A stretch of DNA of 64,000 nt from NCBI RefSeq assembly GCF_009914755.1, contig NC_060927.1; one strand, given 5' to 3'. Made by a program: the position numbers and the translations under genes. This stretch comes from the human T2T-CHM13v2.0 reference genome, Homo sapiens. Of this stretch, positions 14,470-26,795 are shown piece by piece (position 1 is the first letter of the stretch; every line of letters begins with the position of its first letter). Below the pieces are notes generated by a model. It made no database searches, was not told the origin of the DNA, and saw only the letters and a list, made by a program, of their open reading frames with translations.

Positions 14470-15240
14470 CTGGATGCTATGCCTGAGGGATTATTGCCAG
14501 GACTGGATTCATTTAAAGTTTCTATAAGAAACCTGAAAGATGAAGTACCCTGTAAAATCTTCAAGTTCACAGATGACACTAAGCTTCTCTGGGTAATTAA
14601 ATGTCAAGCTGATAAGAATAAACTGCAGAAAAATCTTTCCTGCTTGTGTGTGAGGTCAGGACACAGAAGATGAACAGCACTATGGGTGTGTGAATGTGGT
14701 AGAATAAGAAAAAAAACCATATTTATGTGATGATGACTCTTGAGCATCAGTGATGACACATAATAAGGATTTGTGAGTCATTATTATCTTCTCTTTCTGG
14801 AGAGCTCCACCTGAAGTCTATGGTGGCAAACATAGTTGCTATTATTCTGTGAATCATCAGAGATGCTGCTGCAAATGAAGCAGAAACATCAGTAGTAATT
14901 CAAATACCCATAGGTGCTATTTTGTTTAATTCTCAAAACAATACTGTAGGATAATTTCTAGTGCATTGTACACATGAGGAAAGTGAGAGTTACGAAGTGA
15001 TTTATCCTTTCATCAAAGCATAGGACTCTGCAATTAGTTCTGGTTGCCGTACCTAAAGAAATGGAATTGAAAAGTGTTCATAAATGGACACATATAAGTA
15101 AGGACAAGAACCAAAGATAGGAGGAGATTTTTAGAAGAGTATATACTTTATCCTTTTTTAAAAAGAAGAAATCCTTGATCTGGAAAAATGATTTGAATAC
15201 TGAATGCAATATGGCTTGAATAAAGTTCTAGAATTCTAGA
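14470..15240 (+). mobile_element. CR1/L3-clade LINE fossil (RT domain and downstream ORF2)
   Basis: Translation SIRNLKDEVPCKIFKFTDDTKL...LQKNL matches the CR1 pattern FINDL...KFADDTKL...LQxDL; downstream FWLPYLK and ELKSV remnants. Confidence 0.8.
14905..15000 (-). mobile_element. MIR fragment inserted in the CR1
   Basis: TTTAATTCTCAAAACAATACTG...TGTACACATGAGGAAAGTGAGAG. Confidence 0.6.
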
Positions 15241-15274
15241 TTTAATTAGGAAATACCATGATGCTTAAAAATAA

Positions 15275-15684
15275 TGTATTAGTTTGCAAGGGCTGCCTTA
15301 ACAAAGTACCACAATCTCAGTGGCTTGATCAACAGAAATTTATTGTCTCGCAGTTTTAGAGGCTAGAAGTTCTAAGTCAAGGTATCTGTAGGAGTGGTTC
15401 CTTTTGAAGGCGATGAGGAAAGGAGATGTTACCTCTTTGAATTACAGAGACACATATTCTCCTTGTGTCTCTTCACGTTTCCCCTCTATACATGTTTGTC
15501 TCTGTGTCCAGATTTCTCTTTCCTACAAGGACACCAGTCATACTGAACCAGGGCCCTCCCTAATGACCTTATCTAAACTAATTATATTTGCAATGACCCT
15601 ATTTCCAAACAAGGCCATTCTGAGGTACTGGGGGTTGGGGCTTCAACATATGAAGTTTGAGGAGACACAATTCAACCCATAACG
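15275..15684 (-). mobile_element. MLT1B-type solo LTR
   Basis: TGTATTAGTTTGCAAGGGCTGCC ... CACAATTCAACCCATAAC; TSD AATAA/AATGA. Confidence 0.88.
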
Positions 15685-16021
15685 AATGACAAGAAAGCAC
15701 AACAGAGTGGGTGATGCATTCATGAAAGTTATCAGTATGAGTAAGAACAAGACCTAAAGGTTTTATATGCAGGTGAAAAATAAAGCATTGAGAGAACAAT
15801 GAGCCAACAAAGAGATGTGAATGTTAATGGGAGAAGAGTGTGTGTCGGTCTTAGCATTATAATCTTGTAGGGTTGTGGACAACCACAGAGATCACTGTGT
15901 TTTTGCACAGTCAAGCAATATCTGGTAGAAAGTCTGTGCTCTTCTCTCCTTGCCTAACAACAACAAAACCAATTGATTTAGCCTAATATGATACTTGTAT
16001 TGAAATTTATTTCTGCCGGTT

Positions 16022-16173
16022 ATTTATGTTTTTATTTTTATTTATTGTTATTTTTGTAGAAATGGGGTCTCCTCGTGTTGCCCAGGTTGGTTTTGAACTG
16101 CTGAGCTCAAGCAAACCTCCCGTCTTGGCTTCTCAAAGTGCTGGGGTTAAAGGTGGGAGCTGTCTGCCTGAGC
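16022..16173 (-). mobile_element. FLAM (free left Alu monomer)
   Basis: Single left monomer with a T-rich tail; degenerate TSD TGCC(G/A)GTTATT. Confidence 0.8.
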
Positions 16174-16329
16174 ATTATGCCAGTTATTAATATTTTTATC
16201 CCAGAGAAAGATTAAACCTCAAATATTTAAAAATGTGGCTCACCACAAAACCTAAATAATCTCAACTCTTCGATTTTATAGTGAAAACTTCAGGCTTGGC
16301 TTTCTCTTTCAGATAAAATGAAAGCAAAA

Positions 16330-16377
16330 ACAAGTTTACACTAGATACTTTAGACAAGTTTACACTAGATACTTTAG
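16330..16377. repeat. Perfect 24-bp tandem duplication
   Basis: ACAAGTTTACACTAGATACTTTAG twice. Confidence 0.97.
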
Positions 16378-17862
16378 TAGTGATAGTTTCTAAAATGAGC
16401 TTCAATCACACTTCTCCATGAATTTGAAGAAATATTTCAATTAAATTTTATTTTATTCAGGGTGTAATCAGCCCCATACTGCAATGTCACATATTATATA
16501 TGCTATGATGGCCTGAGAGATGTTTTAAGGTATGTAACATATCAAGGAAATTACAACTAATCTTTACTGTCTATAAGTAAGACATAAAGAGGTAGAGACA
16601 AAATAAATTTTTATACGTTTGTTACTGCATCCATCCTCTCCAGATGTACATTTAGTTAAAAATGACCCTGAATTTAGTCTTGATTATAATGATATCTTAT
16701 GCATAGGCCTGCATTATGACTATTTTATTTAGGTTATTGACCATGAGTTTATGGCTCATAAGATGTCTCCACAATTATTTTCATTTTATGCTAATCTTCT
16801 GAGTCCATAGAAAAATACAACTGGTCAATTCCTTCTCTTACCCTTGAGTCTTCTGGCTTGTCTCTAGAATACCAAATGGCTGGGGGTTGATTGACAGCTT
16901 TGGCAATGTCAATGCAAACACCAGGCAAATCTAAGTAGTGGCAGAGAATTGATAAATACAGTACTGGTATCCACAGACTTCTTGTCAATGGCTTACCTAA
17001 ATTGACTTCTGCTTTGTAGAGTGGGAAGAACATTGAAATTGTAGACACCAGTTTGCAATGCCCTTTAAAAGAGAAGTGATTACTTGAGACTAGGCACTGA
17101 ATGGAATTTGTATTTGGCCTAAAATACATGAATCCCAGAGTGTGAAACAGAGAGAATTGCTGTGGACAAGAAGCAGTGGTACAGACTGCTCTACCAAAGG
17201 TCAGGGTAGAAAGGACTTTACCTTCATGTTAAGAGGATAGGAGAGCTTTCTTTTAGATAGTTAAAGGAGGAAATATAAGAATAAGACTTCTTTTTTTAAC
17301 TTTCCATTTTTTTATTTTTTTGGGTACATAGTAGGTGCATATATTTACAGGGCACATGACATATTTAGATATAGGCAAGCAACGGGTAATAACCACATCA
17401 TGAAAAATGGGGTATCCATTCCCACAAGCGTGTATCCTTTGTGTTAAAAACAATTCAATTGTACTCTTTTAGTTATTTAAAAATATACAATTCAATTATT
17501 ATTAACTGTAGTTACCACGTGGTGCTATCAAATACTAGGTTTTATTAATTTTTTTCTAACTATTATTTTTGTACCCAGTAGCCATTTCCATCTGCCCCCA
17601 AGCCCACTACCTTCTCACTAGTCTTCCCAGCCTCTGGTAACCATCCTTCTACTTTCTATCTCCATGAATTCAACTGTTTAACTCTTTACCTCTCACAAAT
17701 AAGTGAGAACACATGAAGTTTGTCTTTCCATGCCTGGCTTATTTCAATTAACATAATGACCTCCAGCTCTATCCATGTTGCAAATGGCAGAATCTCATTC
17801 TTTTTTATGGCTGAATGGTACTCCATTGTGTATATGTACCACATTATCTTTATCCATTCATC

Positions 17863-18162
17863 TTTTTTTTTTTTTTTTTCAGATGGAGTCTCACTCTGTC
17901 GCCCAGGCTGGAGTGCAGTGGTACAATCTCGGCTCACTGCAAGCTCTGCCTCTTAGGTTCAGCCATTCTCCTGCCTCAGCCTCCTGAGTAGCTGGGATTA
18001 CGGGCACCCTCCACCACGCCTGGCTAATTTCTTTTTGTATTTTTAGTAGAGATGGGTTTTCACCATGTTAGCCAGGATGGTCTCAATCTCCTGACCTTGT
18101 GATCCGCTCGCCTCGGCCTCCAAAAGTGCTGGGATTACAGGCGTGAGCCACCGTGCCTGGCC
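17863..18162 (-). mobile_element. AluY-type
   Basis: Y-diagnostic GCAAGCTC, CCATTCTCC, TTAGCCAGGATGGTCTC; TSD TATCCATT(C/A)ATCTTTT. Confidence 0.93.
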
Positions 18163-20825
18163 TATCCATTAATCTTTTGATGGACATTAGGTTGCTTTCA
18201 AATCTTGGCCACTGTGAAAAACACAGCAACAAACATAGTATGTCTTCAATATACCAATTTTCTTTCTTTGGGGTATATATCCAACATTGGGATTGCTGGA
18301 TCATATGGTAACTCTACTTTTAGTTTTTATAAGGAATCTCTTAATTGTTCTCCATAGTGGTTGTACTCATTTACATTTGCACCAACAGGGTATCAGCATT
18401 CCCTTTGCTTCACATCATGGTCAGCATTTGTTACTGACTGTCGTTTGGATAAAAGCCATTTTAAATGGGGTGAGATGTCTCATTGTTGTTTTCATTTGCA
18501 TTTCTCTGATAATTAATGATGTTGAGTATCTTTTCTTATGCCTGTTGGCCATTTGTATGTCTTCTTTTGAGAAATGTCCAAACATTTTGCCAATTTTTAA
18601 TTGGATTATTAGATTTTTTTCCTATTGAGTTGTTTGAGATCCTTATATATTCTATTTATTAATCTCTTGTCAGATGGATAGTTTGCAAATATTTTTTCCT
18701 CATTCTGTGGGTTATCTCTTCAGTGTTTTTGTTTCATACTCTGAATAAGCTATTTAACTTGATGTGATCCTGTTTGTCTATTTTTGCTTTGGTTGCCTAT
18801 GCTTGTGGAGTATTATTCAAGAAATCTTTGCTGAGTCCAGTGTTCTAGAGAGTTTCCTTGATGTTTTCTTGTAGTATCTTCACAGTTTGAGGTCTTAGAT
18901 TGAAGTTCTTAACACATTTTGATTTGATTTTTATGTATGATGAGACATAGGAGTCTTGTTTCATTCTTCTGCATATGGATATCCCGTTTTCCCAGCATCA
19001 TTTATTAAAAAGACTGTATTTTCCCCAGTGCATCTTCCTGGCACTTTTGTCAAAAATGAATTCACCATAGGTGTGTAGATTTGTTTCTGGGTTCTGTATT
19101 CTGTTCTACTGGTCTATGTTTCTGTTTTTATGCAGTACCATGCAATTTTGGTTACTATGGTTTTGTAGTATAATTTGAAGTCAGGTAATATGATTTTTCC
19201 AGTTCTTCTGGCTATGATATCTTTAGCTTCTCTGGGTCTTTTGTGGTTCCCATTTAAATTTTAGCATTATTTTTCCAATTTCTATGAAGAATGTCATGGT
19301 ATTTTGATGGGGATTGCATTAAATCTGTAAATTGCTTTGAGTAGTATGGACATTTTAACAATATTGATTCTTTAAATTTATGAACATGGAATATCTTTCC
19401 ATTTCTTGTGTCCTCTTTAATTTCTTTCATGAATATTTTATAGTTTTCATTGTAGAGATCTTTCACTTCTTTGGTTAAGATAATCCTAGGTATTTAATTT
19501 TACATGGCTATTGTAAATAGGATTACTTTTTAAATTTCTTTTTCAGATTGTTCACTGTTGGCATATATTGATTTTGTATCCTGCAAATTTACTGATTTGT
19601 TTGTTAGTTCTAATTAGTTTTTTGGTGGAGTCTTTAGATTTTTCTAAATATAAGATTATATCATCTGTAAGCAATGATAATTTGACCACCTCCATTCCAG
19701 TTTGGATGCCCTGTATTTCTTTCTCTTATCTGATTTATCTAGCTAGGACTTCCAATACTATGTTGAATGACAGTGGTGAAAGTGGGCATCCTTGTCATGT
19801 TCCAGGCCTTAGAGGAAAACTTTTCTGTTTTTCTCCATTCAGTATGATACTAATTATGCTCCTGTCATATATGGTATTTATTTTGTTGAGGTATGTTTCT
19901 TCTATAACCATTTTTTTAGGGTTCTGTCATAAAGCAATGCTAAATTTTATCAAATGTTTTTCCAGCATCAACTGAAATAATTGTGTGGGTTTTGTCCTTC
20001 ATTCTCTTGATGTGATGTATGTATCATGTTGATTGATTTGCATATGTTGAACCATCCTTGCATTCCTGGGATAAATCTCACTTGGTCATGAGGAATGATC
20101 CTTTCAATGTATTGTTGCATTCAGTTTGCTAGTATTTTGCTGAGGATTTTTGCATCAATATTCATGAAGTTATTCACCTATAGTTTCCTTTTTTGAGGTG
20201 TCTTTTTCTGGTTTCTGTATCAGGGTAACACTGACCTCATAGAATATGTTTATAAGTACTTGTCCTATTTTTTTGGAATAGTTTGAGTAGGATTGTTATT
20301 AGTTCTTTAAATGTTTGGTAGAATTTAGCAGTGAAGCCATCAGGTCCCAGGCTTTTCTCTATTGGATGACTGTTTATTATGGTTTTGGTCTCATTACTTG
20401 TTATTGGTCTGGTCAGGTTTTGGATTTCTTCCTAGTTCAATATTGGTAGGCTGTGTGTGTCTAGGAATTTATCCATTTCCTCTAGGTTTTCCAATTTATT
20501 GGCAATATTAATAGTTTCTCATAGTAGCCTCTGGTAATTCTTTGAATTTCTGCAGTATCAGTTGTAATGTCTTCTTTTTCATCTCTGATTTTATTTATTT
20601 TGGTCATCTCTCCCTTTTTTTCTTTGTTAGTCTGGAAAAGAAATCAATTCTGTTTATTTTTACAAAAAAAACCCCAAACTTTTTGTTTCATTAAGCTTTC
20701 GTATTATTTTCTTCATTTCAAATTCATTTACTTCCTCTCTAATCTTTATTTTTTCCTCCACTAATTTTGGATTTGGTTTGCTCTTTTCTAGTTCTTTAAG
20801 ATGAATTATTAGGTTATGTATATGA

Positions 20826-21407
<582 letters not shown>

Positions 21408-22134
21408 TGAATGTCGTAAGACTTGTTTTGTGACCTAAAATATGGTCTATTCTTGAGAATAATTCATGAGCTGAGGAGAAGAATGTGTATATTGCAGCTG
21501 TTGGATTAAATGTGTATATATCTATTAGGTCCATTTGTTCTACAGTGTAGATTAAGCTTGATGTTTCTTTGTTGATTGTTTGTCTGGGAGATGTGCCCAA
21601 TGCTGAAAGTGAAGTGTTGAAGTTTGCAGCTATTATTGTATTGGTGCCTATCTCTCTCTTTAGCTCTAACAACATTTGCTTTATTTATCTGGGTGCTCCA
21701 GTGTTGAGGGGATATACATATATTTACAATCATTATATCCTCTTGCTGAACTGACTCCTTTATCATTATATAATGATATATATATCATGATATTTTTATT
21801 ATACCTTCTTTATCTCTTTTTACATTTTTTGTCTTGAAATCTATTTTATCTGATAAGTATAGCTACTCTCACTCTTTTATGGTTTCCATTGCCATGGAAT
21901 ATCCTTCTCCATCTCATTATTTTCAGTCTGTGTGTATCTTTATAGGAAGAAACACACTTCCAAGAAGTGTGTTATAAAAACAGATCATTAGGTCTTGTTT
22001 TTTCTTCCATTCAGCCATTCTGTGTCTTTTTATTGGACAACTCAGTCTATTTACATTTAATGTTATTATTGATAAGTAGAGACATACTCCTGCCATTTTA
22101 TTATTTATTTTCATCTATCTAGTTGTCTTATCCA

Positions 22135-22326
22135 TATTCAAAGACCCTTGTGATTACACTGACCATGTAAATATCATAGGATAACTTCCTCATTTTAAGT
22201 CAACTGATTAGTAAACTTATTTTCATCTGCCACCTTAATTCCCACTTGTCATGCAACTATCATATTCACAGATTATGGGGAGTTGGATGTGGACATCTTT
22301 GGAAAGCCATTATTCTGTTCACCACA
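22135..22326 (-). mobile_element. MLT1D/E LTR 5' fragment
   Basis: GTCAACTGATTAGTAAACTT...GGATGTGGACATCTTTGG...ATTATTCTGTTCACCACA. Confidence 0.75.
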
Positions 22327-22399
22327 GTGACTGTCTCTTTCCCCAAGCCTAGAAGTTTTATTCAGGAGAATCTGTATCCACTCTTCTTATCTTTCAAAT

Positions 22400-22850
22400 A
22401 CCAACATCTTGGTTTTATTTAGTATGACAATTGCCCATCTAATAAAATCCAGTGTCCTATTCTCCATGCCAGTACAGAGGCATAATGTGGCACTCTTCCA
22501 GCCAATGAGTTACAAGGGAAACACCATTGAATATTTCTTCCAGAAATTTTGCTTTCCTTGTAATAAGGGTCACCTCTTTCTCTCTGCAGTATTGCTTTAG
22601 AGTCTAGATGAAGTATAATCACCTTATGACTGAGAATGATAGGAATGAATACATCAAAATTTCTGCATTAAGGATAAGAAGTAAAAATAAGCAAAGAGCC
22701 TTGGTCACTGATGACATTGTTTAGTTGCTGTATTGTATCAATTTAAGGCTTGCCTGTGGTCTCCCTGTACTTGTGAAATAAATACTACATACTTAAGTCA
22801 TTATAGTAGGATTTTTAGTTGCTGGTTGCCAAATGAAATCTTGCTTACTA
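22400..22850 (+). mobile_element. Old MLT1 (J/K-like) LTR
   Basis: CCAGCCAATGAG...CTTGGTCACTGATGACATTG...CTTAAGTCATTATAGTAGGATTTT. Confidence 0.55.
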
Positions 22851-22851
22851 G

Positions 22852-23520
22852 CCTACATGAGAGCAAGAACCTTCTCTATCTTGTTTACCCCTTTGCTTCT
22901 GAAGCCCAGGACAGAGGAGAACATACATTAGGTACTTAATTAATGTTGGTTAAAATTCTCTAGAGATGTTCACTTTTGATCTATATTTAAATGATAAGTC
23001 AAAATTAACTAGTTTAAGAAAGAAGGGCGTGAAAATCATCTCAAACAAAGAGTACATGTGTGTCCTAATGTGACAGTAAGCTTGTTGTATTCAGGGAACT
23101 AACAGAAAATGGTATGGGTGTGAAATAAGCAGGAAAGGGAGTAAGGCTGCTAGATTAGCACGGTGAGATCAGCGGGCAGTGAGATCATGCACTGAAGGTC
23201 ATGTTAATTTTTTTTTTCTAATTATAAGAGCATCGATCAGTGATGGACAAATTTTAGTTGAGGTTATCATATTTGTATGTTTGAAAGCTCATTTAGGATG
23301 CCGTGAGAAGAAAGGTGGATGGTTAGTTCAAGAGAGATTAGGAGGATATGAAAATCATCTAAATGAGAGATGATGAGAACCTTATGTGGTATGGTGATCC
23401 TGGAAATGGAGAGAAATAGATGGATTGGAGAGACATTAGAAGATGAGACAACAGGACTTGGCATTTGACTAGATGTTGGGGCAGGAGAGGAAAGAGGTTG
23501 TGTTAATTCTGGTCTCTGGC
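22852..23520. mobile_element. L2 fragments (plus-strand tail about 22852-22952, then a minus-strand internal piece)
   Basis: CATGAGAGCAAGAACC...TAGGTACTTAATTAATG; GAAATAGATGGATTGGAGAGACATTAGAAG...ACAGGACTTGG. Confidence 0.6.
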
Positions 23521-25031
23521 AGTATATGCGGGAGGATCTCTGACAGCAATATCCTGGCGTTTCTCTGCTGGAGATAACTTTCTCAGAATTCTTTGTTGAA
23601 TGTTCCAAGTTAGTAAGTGCAGGGCTATGACATAAACTTGTAAATGTTTCAGAACCCAGGATGAGGTACAAGTGACGATGAGTGGCTAGAGATAAAGCTG
23701 CCCAGATACAGGGCTTGGCTGACAGCCAGGGCTATGAAAAGCTTTGTAATCCACCTAACAGAATTTTTTTTTTATTATCTGCTTATTGAGGGCACTGTTT
23801 TAGGAGCCGTGTACATGAAGATGAATACCCTGATTTCAATGACCTCAGAATCTAGTGAAGAGTTTCTCACATGATTCATGAATGGGTCACCCACAAGCTG
23901 AGCTAGAGACCTGCCCTAGATCTCAGGGCAGCCCAAGCAACCTCTTCAACTTAAACCAGTGTGAGGTGCACATGGAGTGTAATTTCTACATGTATTCTGT
24001 GGAAGATTTTGGAGTTCACTAGTCCTGGAGATGAGTTAGACAAATAAATATAATAGTAATAATAACAATATAATGATGTAGTAACAAAATATAAGGTAAT
24101 AAAAAATATCAAGGAGATAGTTTAGGTGACATTTTAAAAGTAAGTACTCTTCATGAAGCTGGAAGAATTGATACCCGTAGTTTTAGGAGTTTCAAACCTG
24201 AAAATTCTTTTAGAGTTTGAACTGTAAGATTCCTCATTTGTTTTTTCTGTAACTAGTTACTTTTCCAGGCAAGATGACATGAGACATTTTCCATCATATT
24301 TCATCGGCTGATGAATTTTAAATATACAGTAGTCAGAGAGCAGATGACAATGTAATGATGTGTCTCTGTACCATTTCCCCCTCTGGGTAAGAAGTGAATA
24401 TGGAGAGGTGATATAGCATCTCATTAAGTTGAACTTGGGCGGTTCCTGAAGTAATATCATGCTCTTTCAATTATTTACTTTCTTCTGCTTCTGCGAGTAT
24501 AAGCTATAGTTACCTGGGAAGCTTCCAATGCTTTTAAGCAAAAAGTGATCATTTTATATCTCCTAAAACTATGTGTTTGCCTGTGAAATTATTTATCTCC
24601 ACAGATTTGCTTGTCTATCAAATAGCATTATGTTTTAATTTTTTGTAGATAGGCGCTTTATTAAATCTATATGGTTCTATTGTTTTGCTCTTTGTTTTTA
24701 GTTCAAGGAAGAATTTGGAAGGTTAAATAAAAGGACTGTTGGTTAAATCCAGCTGTACTGCTCCAGTACAACTGTTCCACGAAATTTCAGTATATTCCAA
24801 GGAGTTTTAATTGTGATTTAGAGTTGAATGAAAATAAATAAGAGGATCTTCTGAAATGATTGTAACAACTGAACTTGAAACTTGGCCTAGAAACTCATTT
24901 GGTTTATTGAGTCACTAAAGATTATAGTGAATATGAAACTATTTAAAATGTAATTCAGTACACCTCATTACTGCATCAGATTTTGATTGAAATAACACCC
25001 AGATATGTTGACCTGTTCTCAAACTCCTTGA

Positions 25032-25400
<369 letters not shown>

Positions 25401-26012
25401 TGTCACTACCTTTTTTCAATGCACAGATATATTATGAATCTTGTGAGACCCATCATGCAGATTCAGCCTCGGCCTCAAAGCCCATGTCTAAGCTCTCTAT
25501 CCTTCTTCGGAGTGCTTAAATCGCAAATGAAGCTTTTTTAGAATTTTAGCATTTAACACAAAAACCATTCTTCCATTTCATAAATGCACTATGTAGGCTG
25601 TTATCCACAAGCACTATGAAAGGGCTGCTAACCACGTCAGCCCACTGTTACAATCAAGCTTTTTGTGATAAGAGTGTTTTAAACCATCTTGACAAATGCG
25701 TATAATTATAATAGTTATCATACGGAACACTCAGTATCCTCCAAGGGATTTTAAGTAGATGATAGAATCTTCATTTTAAAATAGTTTATCAGCCAGTAGA
25801 TTTCCATTCTTATGTACGAAAAGTGCATTTTAGATACATAAAACCACAATAAATGCTCTCTTAACTATGTCAACCATTTTAGTAATCAAGCCCCTTTCTT
25901 TCAAAAGTATTTAAGCTATCTCATTAAGTATACTTCTAGAGGATATAATGACATTCCTCCACATCAGCAAGGAGATATAGAAATGCCTTGCATTTATATT
26001 CTCTCTTATCAG

Positions 26013-26148
26013 ACTCCAGAGTTTTAGTAGTTAGGTCACTGGGATAATTAGGCCGCCAGAGCTTCTCATCCCCTTTTGCCTACCTGTCAACTCTGATGGC
26101 TGGCAAAAGATAATTTGCCAAATTGAAAAAGTTGCTATGAGGCTGGAG
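26013..26148 (+). other. Candidate non-coding exon (136 nt)
   Basis: Acceptor TTATATTCTCTCTTATCAG, donor GAG|GTAAGT; stops in all three frames. Confidence 0.3.
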
Positions 26149-26693
26149 GTAAGTGTAGGACAAAGTAAGCAAATTTACAGCCTGTCACTTTTAAAGGCTC
26201 TGAGGAATAATTTATGAGCTCTTGAAGCCAATGTCAGTTTCATGGCCCAGAAAACATGGACATTTCTTATATAAGTCCTGAAACATTTATCTGATAATTT
26301 TAAAATATGGGAAACTTTGACCAGGATGTTCCACTAAGGCTCTCAGGCAGTTTCAGTGTGAGATGGGCATGCAGTGTGCAGGCACTGTTCAGTTCTCAGC
26401 ATGGGCATATTTCAAATTAACCATAGGTTATATGCCCAGTTTATCTTTTACCTAAATCTCAGAGCTTCAAGGTCCAAAACCATCTTTCATATATTTTGAT
26501 TTTCCTGTTAGCATTTACTATAACAGGCAATAAATGTGAGATATCTGTTTTTTCTAGAATCAGACTTTATTTTGACTTGGTAAGTCAATATTTAACCCCA
26601 TCCTCTACTCCGATATCTTTCATATATAGATCTGTAGTAGAGGATGGAATCAAATGTTGATTTAAATAGTCAAAATGAAGAAACAATGTTTTT

Positions 26694-26795
26694 ATGTGTG
26701 TGCATATATGTGTGTGTATATATATATATACACACACACACTATATATATTTATATATAAAATTCTTTCATATATATGAGGAAATGGATATATAG
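26694..26795. repeat. (TG)n(TA)n(CA)n microsatellite
   Basis: Directly visible; self-complementary core. Confidence 0.9.
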
